A stretch of DNA of 61,991 bases, filler included, from Sanchytrium tribonematis (taxonomy: Eukaryota): NCBI GenBank assembly GCA_018985235.1. It is 10 parts of 10 records of this genome, joined end to end, with 100 filler letters (N's around TTAATTAATTAA, not from the genome) between each part and the next. Parts side by side here need not be neighbours in the genome. Positions count along the whole stretch, not along the records: positions 6,265 to 12,419 come from JADGIG010000550.1; positions 12,520 to 18,639 come from JADGIG010000551.1; positions 18,740 to 24,856 come from JADGIG010000552.1; 7 more parts are not named here. One strand, 5' to 3'. The translations under genes and the position numbers were made by a program. Positions 9,726 to 21,160 of this stretch are shown in pieces; position 1 is the stretch's first letter; every line of letters begins with the position of its first letter. Below the pieces are notes generated by a model. That model did no database searches, had not been told where the DNA came from, and worked only from the letters and a program-made list of their open reading frames with translations.

Positions 9726-9959
9726 TTTTTATAGTTGGGGGCGTCAAACTGTTTATAAAGGGTCAAACTATGATTTGATTGGTTTAAAACTCAAAAAGTA
9801 AGCGTCTTTTTTGATTGGCCACTCGCCATCCAATCATATATCTCTTTTACTTTTCACGTTTTTATCCAATCAGATCAATTTATTAATATTTTTCAAGATA
9901 TACACCAATCATCTGTTGTAAATATGGTTTATAAACAAACACCCCTGCATCATAAACAA
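9726..9959. promoter_or_regulatory. Bidirectional H2A/H2B promoter with five CCAAT boxes and two TATA-like elements
   Basis: TGATTGG at 9776 and 9812; CCAATCA at 9830, 9866 and 9905; TTTATAAA at 9752 and 9928. Confidence 0.8.
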
Positions 9960-10337
9960 ATGGCACCAAAAGCAGAAAAGAAACCAGCAGGAAAGGCACC
10001 AGCAAAGGCAGCAAAGAAAACATCTGATGGACCAACAAAAAGACGTAAGGTTAGAAAAGAAACTTATTCTACTTATATTTACAAGGTGTTAAAACAAGTG
10101 CACCCAGATACTGGTATTTCCAACAAAGCTATGGGTATCATGAACTCATTTGTCGGTGATATCTTTGAAAGAATTGCAAATGAAGCATCAAAATTGGCTG
10201 CTTACAACAAAAAATCCACCATCACATCTAGAGAAGTACAAACATCTGTTCGTTTAATTCTCCCTGGTGAATTGGCTAAACACGCTGTGTCTGAAGGAAC
10301 CAAAGCTGTTACTAAATTTACCTCTTCAAATAAATAA
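9960..10337 (+). CDS. HTB: Histone H2B
   Basis: [53 protein letters not shown]. Confidence 0.98.
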   Translation: MAPKAEKKPAGKAPAKAAKKTSDGPTKRRKVRKETYSTYIYKVLKQVHPDTGISNKAMGIMNSFVGDIFERIANEASKLAAYNKKSTITSREVQTSVRLILPGELAKHAVSEGTKAVTKFTSSNK

Positions 10338-10385
10338 TCTCAAATTTACAAAACTGCAATTTTCATTTATAAAAGAATAAACCAT

Positions 10386-10769
10386 TTATTCTCCTAAGCG
10401 ACCTAGCTGCTCAATAGGTTCTACACCTAGTTCCTTCAATGTAGGTTCCAAAGTCCCCATAATACTCTTATATTCGCTTTGATGTTCTTCTGCTTTCTCT
10501 TTTAATCCCTCTAATGCTCTCACAGCTAATCCATATTGATTTAATTTACGACATGCTTTCAACATCTCTTGAACTACTTCAGCAGGTGGCACAATCTGAT
10601 GTGAATACGCATTATTCAATAATCTGATTAAATCAAATCTAGAATCACAATTTTGGAATTCTTTAGTGAAATATGGGATGTATTTAGAGGGTTGTGACAT
10701 TTCTTGCCAATAATGGGCATGATCATGTGCGTGGTTGGCTACATTGCGCATCATTCGATTGATCAACAT
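10386..10769 (-). CDS. COX6: Cytochrome c oxidase subunit Va / yeast Cox6 family
   Basis: Presequence-like N-terminus; IVPPAEVVQEMLKACRKLNQYGLAVRALEGLKEKA; LEPTLKELGV. Confidence 0.9.
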   Translation of the reverse strand: MLINRMMRNVANHAHDHAHYWQEMSQPSKYIPYFTKEFQNCDSRFDLIRLLNNAYSHQIVPPAEVVQEMLKACRKLNQYGLAVRALEGLKEKAEEHQSEYKSIMGTLEPTLKELGVEPIEQLGRLGE

Positions 10770-11137
10770 TTTCAAAGTGTGTTTGGAAAATTATCTCCTT
10801 GAGATTTTAATTCGGAATTTCATCGATTTCATTTCTATGGCGCATTGGATAGTTGCGATCTAATAATCAATGCAGGATTAACATATTCTTATTATGAAAT
10901 CATTCATAGTTGCTCAAGTGGCTTATACAGAATATCATTATTTTGCCATTTCAAGTCATTTTGTCGGGGATTTGGTCAAATACGCTTTCCACGTACATCA
11001 AGCACCGTGACAATCAGCTACCATCAATCTCATTCTGTGATTGGTTACAGATTCTATTCTTCATTTTGATTCGATGTTTTCACTGTGTCATGTCTGTGTG
11101 AGTTGTTAAAAGGAGAAGGATCTCATACAATTACAAA

Positions 11138-12073
11138 ATGAATTTACTGATTCTATTTACATTATTTGCATTGCCAGGTTTGGCAGGTCTTGCTGCAGGT
11201 CCAAAAGCTTTTGCTCCAAAAAGTGTCAATGACTTAGCAGAAGGCGTTGAGAAAGTATACCAAGATTACGAGAAATTTCATGACGATACTGCCAAAAATG
11301 TCGTCCAGAAGATATCTACTTTGAAAAAAATCAAATCACATTTAATCAATATTTTTCAAAATGACCCAAACGAACTGAAAATAATTGCGAATAATTTTAA
11401 ACCAATTGATGAGTTTCTTGCTCCTTATGAAAGTGTGATTCGTGACATGTATGTCATGTACCAAAAAGCAAGTATTATCCCTGCAGATTTGGAAACTTCC
11501 GACATGAAGACCAAAATTGCCAAATTGGTGCTTGCAAAAAGTCAAATTGAAGAGAAATTTGGAGATAGCGTCACGACGTACTTCGATTTACTTAAGCAGT
11601 ATATCGAAGCAAGTAATTTGAGAGACTTCGTATCCACTTATTTGACTGAAGTGGCTACTACCGAAGAAATAAAATCAGGATTGACTCAAAGAAATAAAGA
11701 ATTGAAAGCGGCAAATGGAAATGCAGAGAAAATTAAGGAAATCAATATTAAATACAAGGACTGGATTGAAGCAGCACAAGCTAGGGACATGCACGAGTTG
11801 AAGATTCTTTTAAAGCAAGGTGACACATACTCAAAAGTTAGAACAGGATTTGTATCTAAAATTACAAAAATGGCTGAAAATGTCGTGGCAACCTTTAATA
11901 GGCAAGGGAATCAACCACCTAGTAATCCCGACAATATTGCAGGTGATGGTGTACAAAATCCTACTATCGGAGGAGATGGATCTCTTGATTTGCCACCAAC
12001 AACAGAAACTGGACTAGATACAGGAATAGACATTCCAGTTGAAGAAAAACCTGCAAAACGTATCTTTAAATAG
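11138..12073 (+). CDS. Secreted helical hypothetical protein
   Basis: 311-aa ORF; leader MNLLILFTLFA; ends in basic KPAKRIFK. Confidence 0.75.
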   Translation: MNLLILFTLFALPGLAGLAAGPKAFAPKSVNDLAEGVEKVYQDYEKFHDDTAKNVVQKISTLKKIKSHLINIFQNDPNELKIIANNFKPIDEFLAPYESVIRDMYVMYQKASIIPADLETSDMKTKIAKLVLAKSQIEEKFGDSVTTYFDLLKQYIEASNLRDFVSTYLTEVATTEEIKSGLTQRNKELKAANGNAEKIKEINIKYKDWIEAAQARDMHELKILLKQGDTYSKVRTGFVSKITKMAENVVATFNRQGNQPPSNPDNIAGDGVQNPTIGGDGSLDLPPTTETGLDTGIDIPVEEKPAKRIFK

Positions 12074-12100
12074 CAATACAATAAATTATATGAGATTTTA

Positions 12101-12419
12101 TTAAGTCATTCTAGAGTCTCTAGTTACCATATCAGACATGACATATGTGGTTTCATTCCCTATTATACTTCTCTTTCTCATAAATCTTGTAATATACCAT
12201 AAAAATACAATTAATAAAATCATAAAGAATCCAATGACACTTGCAGTGAGAATATCAACAGAAAAGGTATTTTGAGGGACTGGATTGGATTTAGAAGATA
12301 GAGTGACAGTAGATATTTGTAGTAATGTGGATATAGATGGATTTATAGATGGAGAAGTGAGAATTACGGTGGATTGAGACACGTCACGCATCATTTGTGT
12401 CATTTGAAAGGTAGTGGGT
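12101..12419 (-). CDS. 3' end of an S/T-rich single-pass membrane protein (partial)
   Basis: S/T stalk, TM helix, RFMRKR stop-transfer; cut by contig end. Confidence 0.6.
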
Positions 12420-12519
12420 NNNNNNNNNNNNNNNNNNNNNNNNNNNNNNNNNNNNNNNNNNNNTTAATTAATTAANNNNNNNNNNNNNNNNNNNNNNNNN
12501 NNNNNNNNNNNNNNNNNNN

Positions 12520-12912
12520 AAGCGTTCGTAACAAAGTCCTTTACTTCTCCAAATTACAAAAAATCAGTCCAAAAGCCATTTGTTTTGGTGATTCAAATAT
12601 CCCTTTTTCGGGTACACCAAATAGTGTGGCAACTAGATTTGCAGACTATATTTATGGTATAAATTACGAATTGATCCTTCCTGGCAACTTTGATTTTACA
12701 CGAATTAGCTATGACAATATTCATTATACTAAATCGACTACGCAATTGCCCCTGTTAATGTCACAAACCAATATAAATTAGAACTGAACTGTTGGTCAAG
12801 TACCTGCTCCGATCATTTGCCAATTATCCTAGAAATGGTCACAAATGACAAACCACAAGACATCATTGTTTCAAAAGAATCCAAATTGAGAATTTACAAA
12901 CTTCTGATCTGA
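12520..12912 (+). pseudogene. Frameshifted APE-endonuclease remnant of a non-LTR retrotransposon
   Basis: AICFGDSN; after a frameshift near 12732, IDYAIA...CSDHLPIILE; stop at 12910-12912. Confidence 0.75.
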
Positions 12913-13204
12913 TCTGAAATGATTTTTAAATTTGGGCCATACCTAATTTAATGTAATTTTGACTAAATTGAGTCGATTCGGTATTTATACATATCTCATC
13001 TCATTAAGCTGCTAATTTTGCTGCATTTGCACAAACAATGCTCTGTTTTTTGCACTTTATTGAAAATATCATTCTTGTAGTCTATTTCATCACAACACAG
13101 CCCTCTTCAACGTCAAATTTGCTTGCGCCTCGATTCGGATATTATTATTGTCCAAATTGGTAATTTCTAGATTTGACGAAATAATACTGTACTTAGTTTC
13201 ATTA

Positions 13205-13540
13205 GCTTTGGATTCAAGTAGGTTTTATTAATCAAATCACCTCGTTATTGAATTACTCTTTCCAATCTGTCTTTAACTGAATCTGCCAATCGAACCAAAG
13301 TTGCTTCACTAAAATTTATCCAATCTTTCATGAATATACAGTACTAGGAATATCCAATTTAGTAAGGTTGTTGTGAATCAACGCCCATACATCTTCAATG
13401 GGATTGAGGTCAGGGCTACACGCTGACAACTTTAAAACGTCAGTCCCATTAGATGCAAACCAGGCAGACGTTGTTTTAGCTCGATGAGGGGGTGCATTAT
13501 CTTGTGTTAAAATGGGGCGAAAACTCTTTCTCGCTTCTAT
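13205..13540 (-). mobile_element. Tc1-family (DD34E) transposase pseudogene fragment
   Basis: QDNAPPHRAK...SPDLNPIEDVW with 34 residues between D and E; frameshifted C-terminus LADSVKDRLERVIQ*RG. Confidence 0.88.
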
Positions 13541-14621
13541 AATTTAAACCCCGCAGTCGGCCATTGAAAGTTAACGACAAAAATCGAAATTTAATGAAGA
13601 CTGATTAGTAAGTAGGAACAGGATATATTGATTCCATCATACAAAATTTGCGTACATGACAACGCGAAATTGTTGTTAATAAAGGTGCTGGGACGACTGC
13701 CTGATTGTATTAAGTCAATTTTTTCAATTAGCTCTCCCCTTTTTTCTCGCATAATTTTCAATATGCCAGATTACTCAAAAATATTGCAATTCTCATAATA
13801 GTTTTAGATACACGCAGTTCTATTCAATTACCTGCAATAAATACTATTTTGACATAATGGGGAAACAGTCTTAGTAAAGACTATCAACTGGATTTGAAAA
13901 TCAAAGATGCAAAAGAGAGTCTCAGGAGATTGCAATACTGCGATGTCTCGTGAATGCGGTATTTCCTGCTCGTCCTCAGAACCGACCACGAGCAACGGAT
14001 TCCGGCATTCTTTCTAGCGTGAATCACTGCACTAAATTGTCCTGAGTGTTTTGCTTCCTCTGCTTCTAGTAAACTGACGTTTGCTAAACTTTCCCTCCTG
14101 CTTACGTTTTCCTCTCTTTCCGATCAAGCCTTTTCTCTTCTCTTAAGTTATACTCGGGCTAAATGCGCTCCGTTACACGCATCATATTGCAATTCGCTGG
14201 CTGTTTTCTCTTTAATACTGATCTCTAAGATGCTAGGGTGTGAGACTTGGTCCTCTTGGGGACTATAAGTCTGCGTTTGCATCTGTTCTGATAAAACAAC
14301 AGGTGTTTCTTCTTGTAATTCTTTTGTGTGTTGTTTATTCATAGAAATTGTATTTATTGTCTCTAAGTGAAATCTGCTAAGGCTAATTCATTTCCAACGT
14401 TTTCCAACCAATCATTTGGCTCTGTTTTCTGACTATTTGGCAAACTCCCACTAGCAATGATTGGATCATCCCTTGAATCCGCAGGTTGAATTCTTTCAAC
14501 TTGCTTATTTGTCGCCCCTGACTCGCTTTGCGACACGGTGTATTTGCCAATTCTATCAATAAAAATGTTGAAACGCAAGAAGAAAACACTGATTTAATTT
14601 GTGAAAATTAATAAATTTGCA

Positions 14622-16088
14622 TCCCCTTGAATATAAAAATATTGGTCATGAAATATTTTTCTGCGCTCGGGGTAAAACATTTGAATGGTCAAGTGGCAAA
14701 GGTATGTCAAGAGGCAAATATTTATTTTGGATCCAAAAGGTAGTTTGATAGCTCCCAATTACAATGAAATGAAGTAAAGCACTTATCACATAGAGGTGCA
14801 TGGCAAATAACACACGCTTTACTCACCGTAGTGCCACATCCTTTCGCAATACACTTTGGACGCCATTTCCATATGAGTTTTCCTCTCTCGTCTCTTTGTC
14901 CTCTTCTAGGATCTTGTATTTCCTCTAATCTATGCATATGATCTGTAGCTAGGTAAAATGGCTGATGCACTATTGGTTTTCTTGTCTCTAGTGGGACGCG
15001 ATCATCTCTATTTAATAGATATGGTGTCCAATTATGTAGTTGGCTATTTAATGGTACAGATAGTTTGTTATTTCGTGATATCCTTGATTGTTCAGCAGCT
15101 GTGGGTTGGGTTTGAGTGTATGCCATTAAATCACTTGCCAATGATTCTCTAAATGCTTTATGTGTCATTGGTGATGCTTGTTCTTCTGCACAGTGTAATG
15201 TATACAACTTATATGCATTTGTAATAAACATATTTAAGAAATAATAATGGCTAGAAACTGTCCATCTTTGAGTACGTCTATTAAACGAATAATTTGACAT
15301 TAATTGATCATGCTGGTCAACTCCCTAACCTATTAATCCCATTGTAATCTGCACTCCAAAGAATCTATAAACATCTTGAGTTGATATAAATGATATTTGA
15401 ATATTTGCCGTAGTTGGCTGGTTACTAGGTGATCCAGAAGATAAATCTATTGGATTTAATGGATCGAATGACCCATCATTATCATCAGGAATAAATTGGG
15501 AAAAATTAATTGCATTTAAATGCTCATTATATCTACAATTCATTTCATTTTTGACTTCTTTCATCATGGTATGTGTGTATAATAAAGAGAAGTAGTGGAT
15601 TGGTTTCGGATTAGCTGGAAATGAGGTAGGTAAGTTTGTTTTAGGAGTCTTCATATTGGCATGGAATTCAGAAAAATTAAATGGGATATTGGTGTCAAAA
15701 AACGGTTTTTTAGGGACCCTACGAGATGCACGTTGTCGAGTGGTTGGAAGAGTATCATTATCGTTACCTCTATAGTCTTCAGAGGGGTTATATTCTTGAT
15801 CATCGATTATCTCAGTATCACTATATTCCTCCTCGCTTGCAGTTTCATCGCCAATGGCTGCTATTATATCTTCTTCATTTGCAGCATTTTGAAGTAATGT
15901 TTGGTTTCGAACTCTTTGCGGTCGCGAATCCATAGTCATAAGGGGTTAATCTGAAAGAAAAAAGTATTTTAACCAATCATGAATGTTTATTTGAAGAAAT
16001 GACCATTGCCAACGGACCTAGGTCATATGGAGCGGGGCCAAAAATAATTTGAAACCTTGCCAATTGACCAGGTAAATCCTCAAGGGGA
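14622..16088 (-). mobile_element. Internally deleted piggyBac-like DNA transposon
   Basis: N-part PIHYFSLLY...FFGVQITMGL (15325-15939) directly abuts C-part GVDQHDQLMSNY...RW..NAYKLY with Cys-rich CVICHAPLCDKCFTSFH (14722-15324); terminal inverted TCCCCTTGA/TCAAGGGGA; TTAA on the right flank. Confidence 0.85.
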
Positions 16089-16578
16089 TTAAGTGATAAA
16101 TATATTATTTTCTTGACATTTTAAGACATGTGGGGGAGTTTAGTATACCGTGTTAATAACTAACTCGAGTCCTCTCTGGGAGGTGAAGACTTTAGTTTAT
16201 ATCCGAAAAAGGCTGGAAGGTTAATATTTTTATACCTGACTAAATTTAAAGCGAGAGCTCCTTCTATCTGCAATTGATAGGTAGGGAGCATTATTGTCAG
16301 TAGTACCCACCAAACTTTTTTAGAGTAGTCCGAGTTCACGTAAAATCTCTTGGAACACTTTCCAATTTCCAAAAAAAATCATCGCTAATCTAAATAACTT
16401 TATATTATGGTTGAAATTAGGCACATTGCACATTTTGGCAAACTCAACCAAATAAACTATTTTGATTTGTGGCAAAACCAAACCATACGCTCTATGGTAT
16501 TTCAACATTATGAATTCAGGAGTGGTCCTCCTGAGGTGCTTTATCATCAAATGAGTAACCCTAGATAAGAGTTTGAAG

Positions 16579-17406
16579 ATGATTGTATTTACGTTACTTA
16601 TTTTTGGATACGTTTTAACAGATACGAAATTGATATATAAAGCAATTGGTCCAGCTAGAATTGCTGCTGCCACTTACTGTCTCAGCAGGTCTGCAAAAAA
16701 TTGGAATTGTAAAAGGCATTGTCAAGCAAAGGAAACGCTTGGAACGGAAATTGTTGACATATTTGACAATAATTTTACCGGTACATATGGCTTTGTAACC
16801 GTAAATCACATTTCAAAGCTAATTACGTTTGCATTCAGAGGAACTATGACGCCCCAAAACTTGATCTTGGACGCAAAATTCTATTTGAAATCCATCAAAA
16901 AAGAGATGAATATTCCAGACAACAAAGCTGCAGTTCATTCAGGTTTTCTAGATTCGTATCTATCCATCCAAAAAGATGTTATGGCCGCATACGATAAGCT
17001 CAACAAGTTGTATCCTACTTATTTGTTGCATTTTTCTGGACATTCATTGGGATCCGTGGTGGCTCAATTAGCAGCGTTGGAAATATCATATAAGTATCAG
17101 AACCATGAACAAATAGAGCAGTTTAGCTTTAATTCCCCACGTGTAGGCAATATGGAATACGTTAATCTGATAAAATTCAAAATTTATCGATTTACGCAAG
17201 GACCTGATTTGATAAGCAGACTTCCATTCAGATTTCTAAATTATCGACACCCAAAGACTGAGGAACATTGGGAAACAAAAAATGGGTTTTACACTTGCAG
17301 TGATTTTGAGTCATCAGAATGCAATAATTCGATTGCTTTACCTTATTTTGATTTGATAAATGTCCATTTGAAATCGGGTACTGTTCACTTTGGTCCTTGG
17401 TGCTGA
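16579..17406 (+). CDS. Secreted class 3 (fungal-type) lipase
   Basis: Signal peptide, AFRGT, VHSGF, GHSLG nucleophile elbow, SPRVGN, DLISRLP, YRH. Confidence 0.93.
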   Translation: MIVFTLLIFGYVLTDTKLIYKAIGPARIAAATYCLSRSAKNWNCKRHCQAKETLGTEIVDIFDNNFTGTYGFVTVNHISKLITFAFRGTMTPQNLILDAKFYLKSIKKEMNIPDNKAAVHSGFLDSYLSIQKDVMAAYDKLNKLYPTYLLHFSGHSLGSVVAQLAALEISYKYQNHEQIEQFSFNSPRVGNMEYVNLIKFKIYRFTQGPDLISRLPFRFLNYRHPKTEEHWETKNGFYTCSDFESSECNNSIALPYFDLINVHLKSGTVHFGPWC

Positions 17407-17566
17407 TGAACAAATAAATTTCACTGAATTGCTTATAAATTACGTCGAGATATTGGAAATTAATTTTTTTTTAAACAATGGGAGATTCACAGAGTTTAGT
17501 GTCATCCATCAATCCATAAAGTGATACCAAGATGTCCTTTATTTTTAAGTTTATAGATTAGTTTAT

Positions 17567-17776
17567 TTAAATATTGTGAACCTGATATTGTTCCATGATA
17601 GTCCGCAGATTTGGCGTAGCATTTTGCATTTTGAACTCTAGCCGCTGTTCCTGAATACCCCTAGAAAGCATTTCCAGTTCTATCCTAGTTATTTCCTGCT
17701 GAATCTCACGAATATCCTGATATATTTGTTTTTGTTTTACTAATTTTTTGATTGCTAATAGTTGTGCGTTGTACAT
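17567..17776 (-). CDS. Small coiled-coil hypothetical protein
   Basis: 69-aa ATG ORF with a heptad pattern; no homology recognised. Confidence 0.35.
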   Translation of the reverse strand: MYNAQLLAIKKLVKQKQIYQDIREIQQEITRIELEMLSRGIQEQRLEFKMQNATPNLRTIMEQYQVHNI

Positions 17777-18084
17777 GAATACTCCTCATCGATGTGTAAC
17801 AATTTATGTGCAGATCGTATCCAATTACATTTAAACGATTGAGAAATTTAGAAATCATCGATGTTGATTAAATTCGGATCATTCCGACTCGACGATTGTG
17901 TTTGGTGTAATGGAAAAATGTGGCGTTAATGTGTCGAATGCGGCGGAAATGTACAGTATAGACTAGAGCAGAGGCAACACGCCATTGTTCGCTTATTTGT
18001 TGCATTCCAAAATATTAGATAATGATTTTGTTGCCTCGATAAACCAATTGAACGATTTGTGGATTCCGTATCGTACCAAATTTA

Positions 18085-18639
18085 TTAAGTTCCTCCAAAT
18101 ACATAATGTATTCCTGTCAAATGGCCGAAAATTGCACCAATAGCTCTAAAAGAGCACGAGAACACTTCATGGAAGTGACCGATTAGTGCAAATGGTGCTG
18201 CAACAATTGCAGAGATCAGACCCGCAAAACCAAATGTAATGACTATTCCTATGAGCACGATTATCATAAAAATGTTTTTTGCTATAGATTGTAATCGTGA
18301 TGTTTTTGATTCTTTCGCGCAAACCTGCTTTTCTTGCTCGATATCTTTACTTAGCTCCGCAACGGTAGGCAATTCGGATCTCAGTAAATTTTGAGTGGCT
18401 TCTTCTATATGTTTTGAATCGACTCTATTTTGAGATTGTGGCATCAAATCCATTGCTTCCTTGCATTCCTGAATGGTTTGCTTAGGTAAGTTTGAATGAA
18501 TACATGCTGCCAAGTCTCCACTGTTTTCAGCTATTGAGCAATAATTCTTCGCTTCTACAATTACTTGACAAGGTTTGGGAATAATATTATCTAATGAAGA
18601 GCCAGTTTGGACAGAATGATCAACTGTCAAATCTTTTAA
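18085..18639 (-). CDS. Hypothetical membrane protein, 3' part
   Basis: Open frame to the contig end; C-terminal hydrophobic helices. Confidence 0.6.
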   Translation of the reverse strand, partial: LKDLTVDHSVQTGSSLDNIIPKPCQVIVEAKNYCSIAENSGDLAACIHSNLPKQTIQECKEAMDLMPQSQNRVDSKHIEEATQNLLRSELPTVAELSKDIEQEKQVCAKESKTSRLQSIAKNIFMIIVLIGIVITFGFAGLISAIVAAPFALIGHFHEVFSCSFRAIGAIFGHLTGIHYVFGGT

Positions 18640-18844
18640 NNNNNNNNNNNNNNNNNNNNNNNNNNNNNNNNNNNNNNNNNNNNTTAATTAATTAANNNNN
18701 NNNNNNNNNNNNNNNNNNNNNNNNNNNNNNNNNNNNNNNGGACCATTACCAGCCATATTTGGCAATTCTCTAGCATTATTTGTCATTTGTAAGCTATGTA
18801 ATTACCAATTAAATCCAATAGCGACGAGATATCAGCCAAAAACG

Positions 18845-19129
18845 TTGCAGAAAATATATCATGAAATTACTCAAAATGAGCAAAATAATCCACTATATTT
18901 GCATTATAATGAATTGGTGTATTTATTAGAAGAAATATATCACTATAGAAGCATCATTAGTGGACAAATACAGCAATTGACAGTGATTAGAATAAATCCA
19001 GATTTGCCACTCAAAATTGAGAATGCTATGGTTGTCACCAAAAAAGAAGCAAATTTAATTAAAAATGGTAAGCTTGAATTGAAAGACGACATAAGGAGCG
19101 CAGCCATGAATAAATTGGAAAATATTTGA
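18845..19129 (+). CDS. Hypothetical protein (possibly partial)
   Basis: Open frame near contig start with protein-like composition. Confidence 0.4.
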   Translation: MQKIYHEITQNEQNNPLYLHYNELVYLLEEIYHYRSIISGQIQQLTVIRINPDLPLKIENAMVVTKKEANLIKNGKLELKDDIRSAAMNKLENI

Positions 19130-19228
19130 GTATTTTTGAGATCACGCTGATTTTGAAACATAAAAGTTTGGCACCAATGAGCCCATTTAGAGCGTATCAA
19201 AACTCAAACATCCTCACTCTCCAGACAT

Positions 19229-19519
19229 ATGAGGTATATTCAACCGCCAATTCAGAAATCTGATTCATCTAATCCTCCATTAAATCTCCGTCGATCCATG
19301 CAAATCCCCAGAAATGAAATTTCTTTCAATAGATGCAAGAATTTACTAGATAAAATAGCCACTGAACTGGCTATTGATTCATCGTGTCTCTCAAAAAGAC
19401 AGAAAATGAATATTTTGGAAATGCAATGTTTGAGTTATTTGCAAATCAATGAAATGCCTCAAGAATTTGCAGATTTTGTAGAAAAATGGCAAAAATACCA
19501 TTTAGAAAATAAATTTTGA
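19229..19519 (+). CDS. Small hypothetical protein with a weak HLH-like pattern
   Basis: ATG ORF; SFNRCKNLL...SKRQKMNILEMQCLSYL; AATAAA near the stop. Confidence 0.5.
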   Translation: MRYIQPPIQKSDSSNPPLNLRRSMQIPRNEISFNRCKNLLDKIATELAIDSSCLSKRQKMNILEMQCLSYLQINEMPQEFADFVEKWQKYHLENKF

Positions 19520-20029
19520 GATTTATTTAAGACTGAACCCTAAACAAGTTCGGATTTTCTTCAACTTTATCAGAAGGATCGAGATCAGTATTACCACATT
19601 CTGAACCAGGCGGTTGAAGTCCAACTAGTGGACATCTAAGGACCGGGACTGTTTGAGCCATCAATTTGTCACATGAAATCATGGTGTTGAAGTAAAGATA
19701 GTTTCTATGTATCGTTAAATTTTTGATCTGTTTTGCCACAAAGGATATTTCATAATTACATGTGGCTATAGATGACGGTTTAGACTAAGTCAAGTCGAGT
19801 CAAGTCGAAAAATAAATAATCTGCCTTAAGTCGAGTCTGTCAAAGGTTAACAATAAATGTTAATGAAATGGGATTTAAATGAATATCAAAGCCACGTTGT
19901 CCCGGAAATTATATTAGGTATTGGCTTGCAAATATAATCATTGGGTAAACGAAATGTTTGATTCAATTCTGTGATTGGGGCAAGTTTGCATCTCAAATTG
20001 AAAAGAAAAGGATCACTCTCTTTTGAAAA

Positions 20030-20494
20030 ATGACTTTGAGTTTAGACCAACTATCAGCATCATGTCTGTCTGCATTTTTGGCATTTTCAGATTGTTCTGA
20101 TCCCACATTCACGAAACCCAGAAAAAATCCAGAAATACCCTCAAGTTGTGATACTTGCAAACATTTATCAGACAAGGTATTGAGTTCATGCAATGAGAAT
20201 GACTTTCAGTCAACAAGCGTCTGGCTAGCAGCATCGCAATGTCATAAAGAAGAGGGGAAATGGTGCCAGTCTCCGCCACAAATGATAGATGTGAGTGGAT
20301 GTCTTGATAAATGTGCGCAATTTAGGGCAAGACTGAGTCCTTTTATTAATGATCCAGAATGTGCTGCGAAATATACGCCAAGTTCAGGTGGTGTAAAAGT
20401 AACCAAATCTACTAAAACTACTTCAAAATCAAGTTCATCTGCCAGTAGTACTAGATTTACAGTGTTGACACTGTCTACTTTCTTGCTTTTTTAG
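20030..20494 (+). CDS. Cys-rich protein with S/T tail and GPI-like C-terminus
   Basis: Many Cys, S/T stretch, hydrophobic end FTVLTLSTFLLF. Confidence 0.7.
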   Translation: MTLSLDQLSASCLSAFLAFSDCSDPTFTKPRKNPEIPSSCDTCKHLSDKVLSSCNENDFQSTSVWLAASQCHKEEGKWCQSPPQMIDVSGCLDKCAQFRARLSPFINDPECAAKYTPSSGGVKVTKSTKTTSKSSSSASSTRFTVLTLSTFLLF

Positions 20495-20643
20495 ATCAAA
20501 TAAATTGGATCTGTTTGCATCCAGTTGCATTTATTCACTTGTATCTATGACTGTACCCCTGGTAGTTTGCATACTGAGCCTTGATCGCAAAATCCTTTCA
20601 GTTTAATAGTAACAAAAATTTATTTAGAAAATAAATTTTGAGA

Positions 20644-20919
20644 TTATTGATATGAAGATGGATCCGCAAGACAGTTGGTGATACTTTTGATTTGACACGA
20701 TAACTGATCTTTACCGCAGTCTTTTATTTTAGAAAAGTCTGGCGATTCGGCACCGTGTTGAAAATTATTAATTGCCTGGCAATGATTATAATTTTCTTGA
20801 CATGTACCATTTCCTCTTATAATGCATGCGTTTACGTCTCCCAATAAAATTTGAGAATGTGTTTTTGTGGTTGAAGCTGCTGGACTTGCAAAAATTGTGA
20901 AAGCGAATAATGAAATCAT
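20644..20919 (-). CDS. Small secreted Cys-rich protein (effector-like)
   Basis: Leader MISLFAFTIFA; six Cys in ~80 mature residues. Confidence 0.65.
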   Translation of the reverse strand: MISLFAFTIFASPAASTTKTHSQILLGDVNACIIRGNGTCQENYNHCQAINNFQHGAESPDFSKIKDCGKDQLSCQIKSITNCLADPSSYQ

Positions 20920-21160
20920 GATGTTGTAGTGGGAATAGTCTCTATTTATACTTAGAATTGTTAAACTGTTTTGCAACACAGAACGATAATAAATGATATA
21001 GACTCTTTGTAATTAATTAAATATGCCAAACAGATCATGTGCAAGGCAATCTTAATTAACTTAATTACTTAATTTACAGCCGAGCAGCGTGGTCTACTTG
21101 TCAAATCTCTCCCATTCGCCATCCAAATGTTTTCTCCCTCTAGTTTCGTCTCGTCGTTCA

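Noticed and set aside
15325..15327. In-frame TAG within the piggyBac frame, suggesting readthrough or TAG reassignment
   Set aside because: It sits at a deletion junction, and conserved genes end normally in TAA, TAG or TGA with no internal stops, so the standard code applies
19527..19739. DKVEENPN as a 2A-like ribosomal skipping peptide
   Set aside because: It lacks the required NPGP ending, and the ORF itself is doubtful
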